Below, one piece after another: positions 1-10,765 of a stretch of DNA of 64,000 nt. Position numbers and translations under genes: made by a program. The stretch spans positions 1 through 64,000 of the forward strand of contig JBILHL010000002.1 in the NCBI GenBank assembly GCA_044350515.1, read 5' to 3'. The notes beneath the pieces were generated by a model that worked only from the letters and a program-made list of their open reading frames with translations, did no database searches and was not told the DNA's origin. How positions within the stretch are numbered: the first letter of the stretch is position 1; the number at the start of each line of letters is the position of its first letter. This DNA is from Crocinitomicaceae bacterium (GTDB taxonomy: Bacteria > Bacteroidota > Bacteroidia > Flavobacteriales_D > Crocinitomicaceae).

Positions 1-791
1 GGCTGAAAATGGTCTTGAATATGATTGATTTAACAACCCTCGAAGGAAAAGATACGCCCGGAAAAGTGAAACAAATGTGTTATAAAGCGCAACATCTTCA
101 CGATGACTTTCCTGATTTACCTACTGTTGCAGCCGTTTGTGTTTATCCGTCAATGGTGGCAATCGCCAAAAAAGAAGTGCAAAACTCAGGAGTAAAAGTT
201 GCTTCTGTTTCTACAGCCTTTCCTTCAGGACAAGCGCCTTTAGCAGTAAAAATTGCAGATACAAAATTTGCAGTTGAATCGGGTGCGGATGAAATCGATA
301 TGGTTATCTCGCGCGGAAAATTTCTCGCTGGCGAACATAATTTTGTTTTCGATGAAATCGCAGCCATTAAAGAAGCTTGTGGTGCGGCGCGATTGAAAGT
401 GATTTTGGAAACAGGTGAATTAGTGACTTTGGACAACGTTCGTCGAGCAAGTGACATCGCAATTTATGCTGGTGCTGATTTTATAAAAACCTCAACAGGA
501 AAAATACAACCTGCCGCAACGATGCAAGTAACTTACACGATGTTGATGGCCATTCGCGATTATTTTGACGAAACAGGAATTATGATCGGAATGAAACCTG
601 CTGGTGGAATTTCAACTTCGAAATTAGCGTTGCATAACTTGGTTATGGTCAAAGAAATTCTTGGTGATGCTTGGCTTACGAATGAATGGTTCCGCTTTGG
701 AGCAAGCAGCTTGGCAAACGATGTATTAATGCAAGTATTAAAAACTAAAACAGGAGTTTATCAGTCTTCTGATTACTTCTCTATCGATTAA
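1..791 (+). CDS. deoC: deoxyribose-phosphate aldolase (long-type DERA); 5' end probably cut by window edge
   Basis: ORF 9..791; IDLTTLEGKDTPGKV and ADFIKTSTGK motifs are typical of DeoC. Long-type DERAs carry about 30-40 more N-terminal residues, so the true start is likely upstream of the window. Confidence 0.7.
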   Translation, partial: LKMVLNMIDLTTLEGKDTPGKVKQMCYKAQHLHDDFPDLPTVAAVCVYPSMVAIAKKEVQNSGVKVASVSTAFPSGQAPLAVKIADTKFAVESGADEIDMVISRGKFLAGEHNFVFDEIAAIKEACGAARLKVILETGELVTLDNVRRASDIAIYAGADFIKTSTGKIQPAATMQVTYTMLMAIRDYFDETGIMIGMKPAGGISTSKLALHNLVMVKEILGDAWLTNEWFRFGASSLANDVLMQVLKTKTGVYQSSDYFSID

Positions 792-793
792 TT

Positions 794-2245
794 ATGGCAC
801 AAGAACAATCAACTTGGGAATATGCGCCGGCTCCGGAAGGAACAGGACATATCAAATTGAATAAAAAATACAACTTATTCATCGACGGAAAATGGGTAGC
901 GCCATCGTCAAAAAAATACTTTGAAACGATCAATCCAGCAACGGAAGAAGTGTTGGCTGAAATCGCTTACGCAAACGAAAAAGATGTAGATTTAGCGGTG
1001 AAAGCAGCACGAAAAGCTTATACAAATGTATGGTCTAAAATGCCTGCTTCTGAACGTGCAAAATATATTTATCGCATTGCACGATTGATGCAAGAACGTG
1101 CTAGAGAATTTGCTGTGATTGAATCATTGGACGCAGGAAAAACCATTCGTGAATCACGCGATATTGATGTTCCGTTGGCTTGCAATCATTTTTTCTATTA
1201 CGCAGGTTGGGCAGATAAATTGGAATATGCTTTCCCAAATCGCAAGGTTGAATCTTTAGGCGTTGCAGGTCAAATTATTCCTTGGAACTTTCCGCTTTTA
1301 ATGGCTGCTTGGAAAATTGCTCCTGCTTTGGCCGCTGGAAATACAGTTGTACTTAAACCTTCAGAAACTACTTCATTGACCGCTTTGAAATTGGCTGAAA
1401 TCATTGAAGAAGCTGGTTTGCCACATGGCGTTGTAAACATCGTAACAGGTTACGGCGACACAGGTGCAGCGATTGTTAATCATCCCGACATCAACAAAAT
1501 TGCCTTTACAGGTTCGACAGCTGTTGGAAAATTAATTCAAAAAGCAATTGCTGGAACGCACAAAAAAGCAACTTTAGAATTAGGTGGAAAATCAGCGAAT
1601 ATCATTTTTGAAGATGCTCCAATCGATCAAGCTGTTGAAGGAATTATCAACGGGATTTTCTTCAATCAAGGTCACGTTTGTTGTGCTGGCTCGCGCTTAT
1701 TTGTGCAAGAAGGTATCGCTGAAAAAGTAATCCGAAAATTAAAACAGCGAATGGATAGTTTATACGTTGGAAATCCAATGGATAAAAACACAGACATTGG
1801 TGCAATCAACTCTAAAAAGCAATTAGAAACGATAAACAAATACATACAAATTGGTTTAGATGAAGGTGCAGAAATGTACCAACCAACTTGCAATTTACCG
1901 TCCAAAGGTTATTACTGCGCACCGACTTTGTTTTTAGATGTTGCGCAATCAAGCGTCATTGCTCAAGAAGAAATTTTTGGTCCTGTTTTAACGATTCAAA
2001 CCTTCAGAACGGTGGATGAAGTAATTCAAAAAGCAAACAATTCACCGTATGGATTAGCAGCAGGAGTTTGGACAGATAAAGGCTCTCGTATTTTTAACCT
2101 AACGACAAAACTAAAAGCTGGAGTTGTTTGGGCAAATACTTACAACAAATTTGATCCAACTTCTCCTTTCGGCGGTTACAAAGAAAGTGGATTTGGTCGC
2201 GAAGGTGGAGTTCACGGATTGAGTGGATATGTTAAGTTAAGTTGA
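794..2245 (+). CDS. NAD(P)-dependent aldehyde dehydrogenase family protein
   Basis: 483 aa; ELGGKSANIIFEDA (catalytic Glu), FNQGHVCCAGSRLFV (catalytic Cys) and FTGSTAVG motifs; starts 3 nt after the deoC stop. Confidence 0.85.
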   Translation: MAQEQSTWEYAPAPEGTGHIKLNKKYNLFIDGKWVAPSSKKYFETINPATEEVLAEIAYANEKDVDLAVKAARKAYTNVWSKMPASERAKYIYRIARLMQERAREFAVIESLDAGKTIRESRDIDVPLACNHFFYYAGWADKLEYAFPNRKVESLGVAGQIIPWNFPLLMAAWKIAPALAAGNTVVLKPSETTSLTALKLAEIIEEAGLPHGVVNIVTGYGDTGAAIVNHPDINKIAFTGSTAVGKLIQKAIAGTHKKATLELGGKSANIIFEDAPIDQAVEGIINGIFFNQGHVCCAGSRLFVQEGIAEKVIRKLKQRMDSLYVGNPMDKNTDIGAINSKKQLETINKYIQIGLDEGAEMYQPTCNLPSKGYYCAPTLFLDVAQSSVIAQEEIFGPVLTIQTFRTVDEVIQKANNSPYGLAAGVWTDKGSRIFNLTTKLKAGVVWANTYNKFDPTSPFGGYKESGFGREGGVHGLSGYVKLS

Positions 2246-2248
2246 AAA

Positions 2249-2325
2249 GAATGTAGAATGTAAAATGTAGAATGTAGAATTACGGTTATTTTCAATTTTA
2301 CATTCTACATTTTACATTTTCAATT
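2249..2325. repeat. long imperfect inverted repeat built from GTAGAAT/GTAAAAT heptamers (24-bp arms 2257-2280 and 2295-2318, one mismatch); likely a terminator hairpin between the two ALDH genes
   Basis: Left arm aatgtaaaatgtagaatgtagaat is the reverse complement of right arm attttacattctacattttacatt except for one position; a T-rich tail follows. Confidence 0.55.
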
Positions 2326-2339
2326 ATAAAATATAAATT

Positions 2340-3217
2340 ATGTCACGATTGGAAATTCTAAAAACATACAAAATATACATCGGAGGTCAATTTCCGAGAA
2401 CAGAATCAGGAAGGTATTATACACCACTTGATGCAAAAGGAAAAGTATTAGCGAACGTTTGTTTGTCTTCGAAAAAAGATGTTCGCAACGCTGTTGTGGC
2501 GGCTCGAAAAGCAGCAGGCTCTTGGGCAGAACGTTCCGCTTTCAATCGCGGACAAATTTTGTATCGCATCGCTGAAATGTTGGAAGGAAGAAACGCTCAA
2601 TTTGTAGAAGAATTGGTGAAACAAGGTCTTTCCAAGGCAAATGCAGTAAAAGAAGTTAATTTGAGTATAGACCGCATCGTTTATTACGCAGGTTGGTGTG
2701 ACAAATACAATGCAATTTTGAGTTCAGTGAATCCAGTTGCTTCTTCGCATTTTAACTTTTCGAGTTGCGAACCGATGGGAGTTGTTGGTGTAATTGCTGA
2801 ACAATCAACAAGTTTAATCGGTTTGGTTTCATTGGTTCTACCCGCGATTTGTGGAGGACGGTTGTTGTTTTAGCATCCGAGAATTTACCTCTATGTGCTA
2901 TGACGTTTGCTGAGGTGTTGAATTCTTCTGATTTACCAGGAGGTGTGGTAAATATTTTAACCGGTTCTCCTGCTGAAATGGCACCAACTTTAGCAAGTCA
3001 CATGGATGTTAATGCCTTATTGGTTTCGCATTTAGAAGATGGATTCAAAAAAGAGCTATCAATTCTAGCAGTCGATAACTTAAAACGTAAGTTTGATTAC
3101 ACTCCTGATTGGAATTCTGAAAAATCACAAGCTCTTCATTATATTGCAGATTTACAAGAAATAAAAACTACTTGGCACCCAATTGAAAATGTTGGTGGGG
3201 CAACGAGTTCTTATTGA
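2340..3217 (+). pseudogene. frameshifted, shortened aldehyde-dehydrogenase-like paralog (ORFs 2340..2873 and 2849..3217 join through a -1 shift near 2856-2860)
   Basis: Frame A, PMGVVGVIAEQSTSLIGLVSLVLPAICGGR, aligns to the upstream ALDH segment SLGVAGQIIPWNFPLL..APALAAGN. Frame B, TVVVLASE..LPGGVVNILTG, aligns to TVVLKPSE..LPHGVVNIVTG. The combined length is about 290 aa and it lacks the catalytic Cys/Glu region. Confidence 0.5.
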
Positions 3218-3344
3218 TTTAGGTCAATTCACTAATTAAGTCTTTTGCCTTTTATTAACATATTCAAATCTTTTTTTCTAACTTCGAAAGTGATTTAAAG
3301 TACTGATATCAGTATTATTCACAAATCTTTCGAATAATGAAAAA

Positions 3345-5864
3345 TTGTTTCTTTTTGCTCTTAGCTTCTGTGTTTTTTTAACCGTCGGATGTCGCTCTTA
3401 TTCTTCTTACAGCCTAAAGTTGAAGGAAGATAAAATTCCAAATAAACTAAAACCTGTTAAACTCAAAATCAATGCTAATTCATACTTAGACACCACATCA
3501 ACTCGTGTTTTTGAATACGAAATACTCCATAATATTTGTCAGCTAACAGCAAAAGATTCTTTAGCATTTGACAAGGAAAACATGGGAAGTATTGAAATTC
3601 AAAAATTCATGCAAAAAAAGACACGAAACCCTCTATGGTTTATTTTTTGTACTGCCACCTCAATTGGAACAGCAGGAACTGCATCATTACTCGGAATACC
3701 CGTAGGTCATAGAAAAGGCATTACAAAATTGCAATTAGATTTAAAAGACAAAGCTGGAAATGTTATAAAAACCTATAATTCAAAAGGAACTTATACCGCA
3801 TTTATCACTTGTTATTGGGGGTATAAAACAAATGATGCTGAATCAAAGGCTTATGATATGTCTTTTTACAAAGCAATGGGAAAAATCAGAAAAGAAATGG
3901 CAAATGACACTGCCGAACTGAATGAAAAACTACCAAAAGGATTATTGGAAGAAGATGAAGTTGAAGCAAAGACGTATGTTCAGTTAGGCGATGTATATTA
4001 CACAGCGAAAAATTACACTTTGTCAGCTTCTAATTATTTAACGGCATATTCGACCTTAAAAAATTTCAAAAAGAAAGATGCTCAGTTTATTTATAAATTA
4101 GGAATGAGTTACGTTAATGACGGAAAGGATAGTTCAGAGATTAAAGGAATCAAATACTTAACTAAAGCTTTGGAATTAGATCCACTTGTTGATTTTATGG
4201 CTCCAGTTGGAATGTATTTGGCCTACAAAAGTTTGGGTGATTTCGACAATGCTGTTAAATGGCTTGATTACACTTTAGATAAATTCTCCTTGAATACAGC
4301 ACAAAAAGAATTGATTATTAAATGGAAAAAACAAACGATTGCAAATAAAGAACAACTTCAAGCAGGCGCACAATTAAAGTTAACTCCTGAAAAGGTTGAG
4401 GTTGTTAATCTAGGGTCAAAAATAAATGGAATGGAAGCAGATTATTTTCCATCGGTGACTGCAGATGAGTCCATGCTTTTGTTTACTTCAACTCGTGTGG
4501 GAAGTACAGGTGGAAAAAACAAGTAAGGTGTTAATGATGAAGATTTATGGTACAGCTTGAAAACAGTAGATGGTAAATGGAGTGCTCCACAAAACTTTGG
4601 AACACCTGTAAACACTAAAAACAACAATGGAATTGCCTCTTTTACAGGTGATGGGCAGTTTGTAGTTTGTGGTAGATGCAACGAACCTGATGGTTATGGA
4701 AGCTGTGATATCTATGGCGCAACTTTAACAGGAAATACTTGGAACACACCAATAAATCTTGGTGCAGTAATTAATTCAAAATCATGGGATGCTCAAGTTT
4801 CTATCGCCGTAGATGGAAAAACGTTGGTTTGGTCATCCAATCGCGAAGGAGGTTATGGTGATCAAGATTTATGGATGTCAAAAAGAAATGAAAAAGGTTT
4901 TTGGACAGAAGCTAAGAACCTTGGAAAAACAATTAATACTGTTGGAAATGAGTATTCACCTTTCCTTCATCCTGACGGAAAAACGCTTTATTTCAGCTCG
5001 AACAATCATTCACCGAGAATTGGAGGAATTGATATTTACAAATCCACTTTAAATGAAAATGGAACATGGACAACACCAGAAAATTTAGGTTTTCCAATCA
5101 ATACTGAATTTGATGACTTGTATTATGTGCAAACTCCTTCAGGTTTAAAAGGATATTTTGCTTCAGATCGAGAAGGTGGATTAGGACAATATGATATCTA
5201 CGAAATCATTTATCCACAAGAGAAAAAATCTTCCTTAATTACATTCGTTGGTTACGTAATCGACGAAGTAACAGGATTGCCGATTGAAGCAAATATCAAA
5301 GTGGAAGATATTGATAGTAATACTGTTGTTGGAGAATATGTTTCGAATTCTGTAACTGGAAAGTTTGTAGTGATTTTAACTCCTGGACGAAATTATTCCA
5401 TGACCTTTAGCAAGGACAATTTCTTATTTTACTCTGAAAACTTTAACGTTTCTGATACTGCTGTTTTCCAAGAAATCAAGAAGGAAGTCAAAATGCAAAA
5501 AATTGAAGAAGGAAAGAAAATTGTCTTAAACAATATCTTTTTTCAAACAGGAAAATCTGAATTGACAGAATCTTCGGCACTTGAAATTGGAAAACTGTAT
5601 GATTTACTTAAACAAAACCCAAAAATCAATGTGGAAATTTCAGGACATACAGACAATGTGGGCGGCGATGCAGAAAATATGAAACTGTCTTTCGACCGTG
5701 CGAAAGTCGTGGTTGAGGCATTAATTACTAAAGGAATTCCAACAGAGCGAATGATAGCAAAAGGGTATGGCAAATCACAACCAATAGCACCTAATGACAC
5801 CCCAGAAAACAAACAATTGAATAGAAGAACAGAGTTTAAAATTTTAGGTCAAACGAAGAATTAA
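3345..5864 (+). pseudogene. TPR / PD40 (TolB-like beta-propeller) / OmpA-C lipoprotein gene interrupted by an in-frame TAA at 4524-4526 (ORFs 3345..4526 and 4557..5864 share one frame)
   Basis: The lipobox LTVGC follows an N-terminal signal. PD40 repeats (DGKTLYFSSNR.GG.G..DIY pattern) run straight across the stop: TSTRVGSTGGKNK*GVNDEDLWYS. The C-terminus NNIFFQTGKSEL...HTDNVGG...NRRTEF is an OmpA/MotB peptidoglycan-binding domain. Start codon is ambiguous (TTG 3345 or ATG 3337, see the T7 tract). Confidence 0.55.
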
Positions 5865-5924
5865 TACTATTTCTAATCAACAATTCAATCCAAAATCCTT
5901 TCCGTTTTGTACCTTTGAACTTCC

Positions 5925-6923
5925 ATGGATCATAAACTCATCATCAAGGACATAAAGAGTAAAAAACTCGAAAAGATTTACTTTCTGCACGGGGAAGAAC
6001 CTTATTTCATTGACTTGATTTCTAATGCGATTGCCGAACATGCGTTGGAAGAACACGAACGCGACTTCAATCAGACAGTTGTTTACGGAAAAGATACGGA
6101 AATTTTATCGTTAATCAGTGAGATAAAGTCTTACCCGATGATGGCTGAAAGGCGAGTGGTAATTCTAAAAGAAGCACAAGATTTGAAACAATTTGACGAA
6201 TTAGATGCCTATTTTGAATCGCCATTAGAATCAACTGTTTTTGTGATTTGTTACAAATATAAAGCATTTGATGCACGAAAGAAATCCTTAAAAAACGCTG
6301 CAAAACACGGGGTTGTTTTTAAATCAGATAAAGTAAAAGAATATCAATTGTCTGAATGGATTCAGGCTTACGTAAAATTATTGGGCTACGGTATAACTTC
6401 GAAAGCAGGAATGCTTTTAGCAGAATTTTTAGGAAATGATTTAGGGCGGATAGTTAAGGAAATTGAGAAGTTAGCCTTATTAATTGAAGCTGGAACGACG
6501 ATTAATGAAATTCATATCGAGGAAAACATTGGGATTTCAAAAGATTACAACATATTTGAATTAACAAATGCAATTGCTACAAAAGACAGCGTGAAAGCGT
6601 TTAAAATTGTGCAATACTTCGAGTATAATCCGAAAGCAGGGGAGTTAGTTGCTATTATTCCGAATTTATTTAAGTTGTTTACGCAGCTGATGAAAATTCA
6701 CTTTTTACCGAATAAATCACGAGATGCGGTTGCTCAAGCTTTAGGTGTTCATCCTTTTGTAGCCGGAGAATTGAGTAATCAACGTAATAATTATGACCCC
6801 AAAAAATTAGCTCAAAATATTGCGACACTTCACGAATATGATTTAAAAGCAAAAGGAGTTGGAAATTCAACTACGCCATCTTCCGAATTGATGCGCGAAA
6901 TGACTTATAAATTGTTGTATTGA
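5925..6923 (+). CDS. holA: DNA polymerase III delta subunit
   Basis: 332 aa; N-terminus KIYFLHGEEPYFID and overall length fit the HolA family. Confidence 0.75.
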   Translation: MDHKLIIKDIKSKKLEKIYFLHGEEPYFIDLISNAIAEHALEEHERDFNQTVVYGKDTEILSLISEIKSYPMMAERRVVILKEAQDLKQFDELDAYFESPLESTVFVICYKYKAFDARKKSLKNAAKHGVVFKSDKVKEYQLSEWIQAYVKLLGYGITSKAGMLLAEFLGNDLGRIVKEIEKLALLIEAGTTINEIHIEENIGISKDYNIFELTNAIATKDSVKAFKIVQYFEYNPKAGELVAIIPNLFKLFTQLMKIHFLPNKSRDAVAQALGVHPFVAGELSNQRNNYDPKKLAQNIATLHEYDLKAKGVGNSTTPSSELMREMTYKLLY

Positions 6924-7603
6924 TGGCTTCTTTTTTCGCTCCTGAAATTATTTTAGAAACCAAAGCTTACACACTTTCCGAGGAAGAATCAAAGCATTGT
7001 GTGCGTGTTTTACGCAAGAAAAAAGGAGATTTTTTAGAATTGTTGAATGGTAAAGGAGCGCAATTAAAAGCACGCATCATTGATGATAATCCTAAAAAAT
7101 GTTCCGTAGAAATAATGGAAGCTATTTTGCATCCAAAAGCTTCAACTGAAATTCATATTGCCGTTGCACCCACCAAAAACATGGACAGAATCGAGTGGTT
7201 TTTGGAAAAAGCAACAGAATTGGGTTTAACGAAATTGACTTTTTTGAAGTGTGCCAACAACGAGCGAAACAACGTAAATTTAGAACGTATTCATAAAATT
7301 GCAGTCGCTGCGATGAAGCAATCGAAACGTTATTATTTGCCTGAAATTGAAGATTTAAAATCGGTAACTGCTTTTATCAATGAAACTCCAAAAGCATACA
7401 TTGGACATTGCTACGAAGGAGAAAAAGCACCATTGAAATCAATGAACGAATTTATTCCCTTTTTAATTGGTCCAGAAGGCGATTTTTCTGAAACTGAAGT
7501 AAAATTGGCTTTAGATAAAGGCTTTATTCCTATAAATCTGAGTGAAAATCGTTTGCGTACAGAAACTGCTGCGCTGACAGCTGTTTTTGGATTGATTTAT
7601 TGA
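6920..7603 (+). CDS. rsmE: 16S rRNA (uracil1498-N3)-methyltransferase
   Basis: 227 aa; LIGPEGDFSETEV motif near the C-terminus; ATGA overlap with the holA stop. Confidence 0.75.
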   Translation: MMASFFAPEIILETKAYTLSEEESKHCVRVLRKKKGDFLELLNGKGAQLKARIIDDNPKKCSVEIMEAILHPKASTEIHIAVAPTKNMDRIEWFLEKATELGLTKLTFLKCANNERNNVNLERIHKIAVAAMKQSKRYYLPEIEDLKSVTAFINETPKAYIGHCYEGEKAPLKSMNEFIPFLIGPEGDFSETEVKLALDKGFIPINLSENRLRTETAALTAVFGLIY

Positions 7604-7747
7604 TTTTGTTTCTCATGGTAAATATATCTTTACAATAGATTAGCTTTGTTTAGCATAGTAAACAAAATCCAAAAGGAATCGAACATTGGAATATTCGGAG
7701 TTTTTTATTGAATTTTAGGTTGAATGGTTTTAAAAAATAAATGAATT

Positions 7748-8533
7748 TTAGTTTGCAGTCATAATTGCTAGTACAATTGCTGCAGATAATACAACACCGC
7801 CAATAAATCCGCCAAAACCAGTAGGTTTAGAATTGTAAAATTGTGACGGCATAAAATTTAAGAGTTCATTTGGACCAGCTTTGGTAATCATTATTTCATT
7901 CACCCAAAAATTAGAATCAAAAAATCGTGGATTAGTAAACTGTTCATTTGTTGACAAGGTTATAAAACTTCTGAACTCGAAAGGTGTATTTTCTTTTGCG
8001 TAGTAATAAAATAGACCATTCATTGATTCATAATTGCAAGGAACATCGCCTTTTTTTCCATAACTTGGATCTAATTCTATCCATGAACTTTTTATCGAAA
8101 TTGGACTGTAAATAACATTAGAATTAGGAGGGATAAAACTAATACGTTCATTTCTAACCATTACTCCATTTGTATTACTGCTTGCGGTTGATACAATTCT
8201 ATTCCATTTTATTTCAGTACTTTCTGTATTCATTTTGATTGAAGTTGCATCCGTCCAATAACTAAAACGTTGACCACCAAGAATCACTGAAGACTTACTC
8301 CAATCAACATAAATTGGTTGATTTAACTTATTGTAAACTGTAATTTTAACAGGACAATCTGGACCATTAAATGAATAGTTAATTATCAAGCTATCTGTTT
8401 CAATTTGATTCTCCATAATTTTCTCATTGTAAACATCTCCAACAACAGAAAGGTATTGGTACTTTTTACAACTTGAAAAAAGAAGCAAAAACAAGATAGA
8501 AACTAGTGTAAATCGAAGTTGAAAATAATTCAT
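7748..8533 (-). CDS. hypothetical lipoprotein with C-terminal TM helix
   Basis: Signal peptide plus lipobox LFSSCKK; C-terminal hydrophobic GGFIGGVVLSAAIVLAIM. Confidence 0.45.
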   Translation of the reverse strand: MNYFQLRFTLVSILFLLLFSSCKKYQYLSVVGDVYNEKIMENQIETDSLIINYSFNGPDCPVKITVYNKLNQPIYVDWSKSSVILGGQRFSYWTDATSIKMNTESTEIKWNRIVSTASSNTNGVMVRNERISFIPPNSNVIYSPISIKSSWIELDPSYGKKGDVPCNYESMNGLFYYYAKENTPFEFRSFITLSTNEQFTNPRFFDSNFWVNEIMITKAGPNELLNFMPSQFYNSKPTGFGGFIGGVVLSAAIVLAIMTAN

Positions 8534-8569
8534 GAAGGAAGACTTAAAGAAACTAAATTACTTAATTTT

Positions 8570-9076
8570 TTATTTCTTTACGTACTTCGTGAATACAAAT
8601 CCATTAGAATGCTTTTCGTCAGGTGCTTGGTGCCCCACAATCGATTGTTCCCATTGGCTTTCATCGAATTCTGGAAAAAATGTATCTGCGCCAAAAACTC
8701 CTTGAACATAGGTAATATATAGTTCATCTACACAATTAGATTCCAAAGCCATTTTGTAAATTTCACCACCACCTATTATGAAAACTGTTCGTTCGGATTC
8801 ATTTTGAAAAGCATTTAAACAATCTTCCAATCCATGAAAAATCATACAATTTGGAGCTTCAAATGTTTTGTTTCTTGTTAAAATTACATTCAAACGATTG
8901 GCAAGCGGACGGTATTTTTCTGGAATTGAATCGTAATTTCTTCGTCCCATAACTACAATATGATCTTTCGTTGTTTCCTTAAAAAAACGCATATCGGCAG
9001 GCAAATGCCACATCAAATCGTTGTTTTTTCCGATTCCTCTTTCGGCATCCATTGCCACAATAAGTGCTACTTTCAT
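8570..9076 (-). CDS. folA: dihydrofolate reductase
   Basis: 168 aa; IVAMDAERGIGKNNDLMWHLPADMRFFKETT is a DHFR signature. Confidence 0.85.
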   Translation of the reverse strand: MKVALIVAMDAERGIGKNNDLMWHLPADMRFFKETTKDHIVVMGRRNYDSIPEKYRPLANRLNVILTRNKTFEAPNCMIFHGLEDCLNAFQNESERTVFIIGGGEIYKMALESNCVDELYITYVQGVFGADTFFPEFDESQWEQSIVGHQAPDEKHSNGFVFTKYVKK

Positions 9077-9168
9077 ATGTGTTTAATTGTTTTTTTAATG
9101 GTCATATGGAATCGCAAATTGAAATCATCCTTTTAGTGACCAATCCCGTTATGGCTTATTTCATATAC

Positions 9169-9963
9169 TTAAACCGCTACGGCTGCTTTAATGTGAGGAT
9201 GCGGATCGTAACCAATTAATTCAAAATCTTCAAATTTAAAATCAAAAATATCTTTCACTTCAGAATTGATTTTCATTGTTGGAAGCGGTCTGAAATCACG
9301 GGTTAATTGTAAGCGTGCTTGTTCCAAATGGTTGGAATATAAATGCGCATCGCCCAAAGTATGAACGAAATCTCCAGGTTTTAAGCCACAAACTTGCGCC
9401 ATCATCATCGTCAATAATGCATAAGAAGCGATATTAAATGGAACACCTAAAAATGTGTCGGCACTTCGTTGATACAATTGACAACTCAATTTTCCTTCAG
9501 CCACATAAAACTGAAAAAATGCGTGGCAAGGCGGCAATTTCATATTCTCAATTTCACCTACATTCCAAGCAGAAACAATGATTCGGCGTGAATCAGGATT
9601 ATTCTTAAGTTGATTAATTACTTGTTTAATTTGGTCGATGTGACGTCCATCAGCAGTTGGCCAACTTCTCCATTGAGAACCATAAACAGGACCTAAATTT
9701 CCATTTTCATCTGCCCATTCGTCCCAAATAGAAACATTGTTATCTTTCAAATATTGGATGTTGGTATCGCCTTTTAAAAACCACAACAATTCGTGAATAA
9801 TGGATCGTAGATGTAGTTTTTTTGTTGTCAATGCAGGAAAACCTTCATTCAAGTCAAAGCGCATTTGATAACCAAAAACAGAAATCGTTCCCGTTCCTGT
9901 ACGGTCTTCTTTCGTTACGCCTTTGTCTAATATATGTTGTAATAAATCGTGGTATTGTTTCAT
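9169..9963 (-). CDS. thyA: thymidylate synthase
   Basis: 264 aa; [15 protein letters not shown]..., [11 protein letters not shown] (catalytic Cys) and C-terminal [11 protein letters not shown]. Confidence 0.9.
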   Translation of the reverse strand: MKQYHDLLQHILDKGVTKEDRTGTGTISVFGYQMRFDLNEGFPALTTKKLHLRSIIHELLWFLKGDTNIQYLKDNNVSIWDEWADENGNLGPVYGSQWRSWPTADGRHIDQIKQVINQLKNNPDSRRIIVSAWNVGEIENMKLPPCHAFFQFYVAEGKLSCQLYQRSADTFLGVPFNIASYALLTMMMAQVCGLKPGDFVHTLGDAHLYSNHLEQARLQLTRDFRPLPTMKINSEVKDIFDFKFEDFELIGYDPHPHIKAAVAV

Positions 9964-10115
9964 TTACATTTAATCGTAAAAATTTTCGGTAAAGATAGCT
10001 GATAAAAGTATAATTTTGCCAACAGTATAAATCTAACCTTCAATTATTCTAAATCTAACCTTAAGAAGAAAATAGGTGATTTTTAAATAAGCAAAATAAA
10101 TCAGAAATAAGGGTA

Positions 10116-10754
10116 TTATCTAAATAATCCATTTCTTAGGGCATAAATGATAATGCCTGAAGTATTTGTCGATTTTGTTTTTTGCAATAATCGCATTTTG
10201 TGACCTTCAACAGTTCTGTGGCTAATAAATAATAAATGAGCAATTTCTTTAGATGTTTTTTCTTCACAAACCAATTTTAGAATTTCAAGTTCCCGAGCTG
10301 TAAAACTCTCTCTTAAATCAGACTCAATTTTTGGGGTAACCAAAGGTGTTTTTTTAACGTAATCAAAACTACCCGAATTATGAACAGATTCTACAGCATT
10401 TAATAAGATAGGATAATCAACGTGCTTAGGTAGATAAACATGAGCTCCAATTTTCAGCATTGCGTTAACCAATGGTTCTGAATAATAGGCGCTTAAAATA
10501 ATAATTTTAAGGTTTGGAAACGATTTTCTTATAATTGGAATACATTGTTCGCCATCTATTCTCGGCATATTGATATCTAAAATTAGGACATCAACTGAAG
10601 TGTCTTGAATTTTTTCTAGTAATTCAAATCCATCTCCTACTTCCAAGGCTACGGAAAGCATTTCTTCCGTTTTTAATAATGCTACTAAACATTGTCTTAA
10701 GATTTGATGATCTTCTGCTATCCCAACTCTTATTTTCACTTCATCATTTTTCAT
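10116..10754 (-). CDS. two-component response regulator, NarL/LuxR family
   Basis: Receiver domain (VLILDINMP) plus C-terminal LuxR HTH (ELEILKLVCEEKTSKEIAHLLFISHRTVEGH). Confidence 0.8.
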   Translation of the reverse strand: MKNDEVKIRVGIAEDHQILRQCLVALLKTEEMLSVALEVGDGFELLEKIQDTSVDVLILDINMPRIDGEQCIPIIRKSFPNLKIIILSAYYSEPLVNAMLKIGAHVYLPKHVDYPILLNAVESVHNSGSFDYVKKTPLVTPKIESDLRESFTARELEILKLVCEEKTSKEIAHLLFISHRTVEGHKMRLLQKTKSTNTSGIIIYALRNGLFR

Positions 10755-10765
10755 AGATTATTTCT

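Noticed and set aside
143-457. Antisense ORFs inside well-supported genes (e.g. 143..457, 1672..1905, 13018..13302, 15585..16031, 27814..28191, 32604..33005)
   Set aside because: They fall wholly within longer ORFs that have clear family signatures on the opposite strand or another frame.
4524-4526. Selenocysteine or other recoding at the in-frame stop
   Set aside because: The codon is TAA, not TGA, and no SECIS-like structure is evident. A nonsense mutation or sequencing error is more likely.
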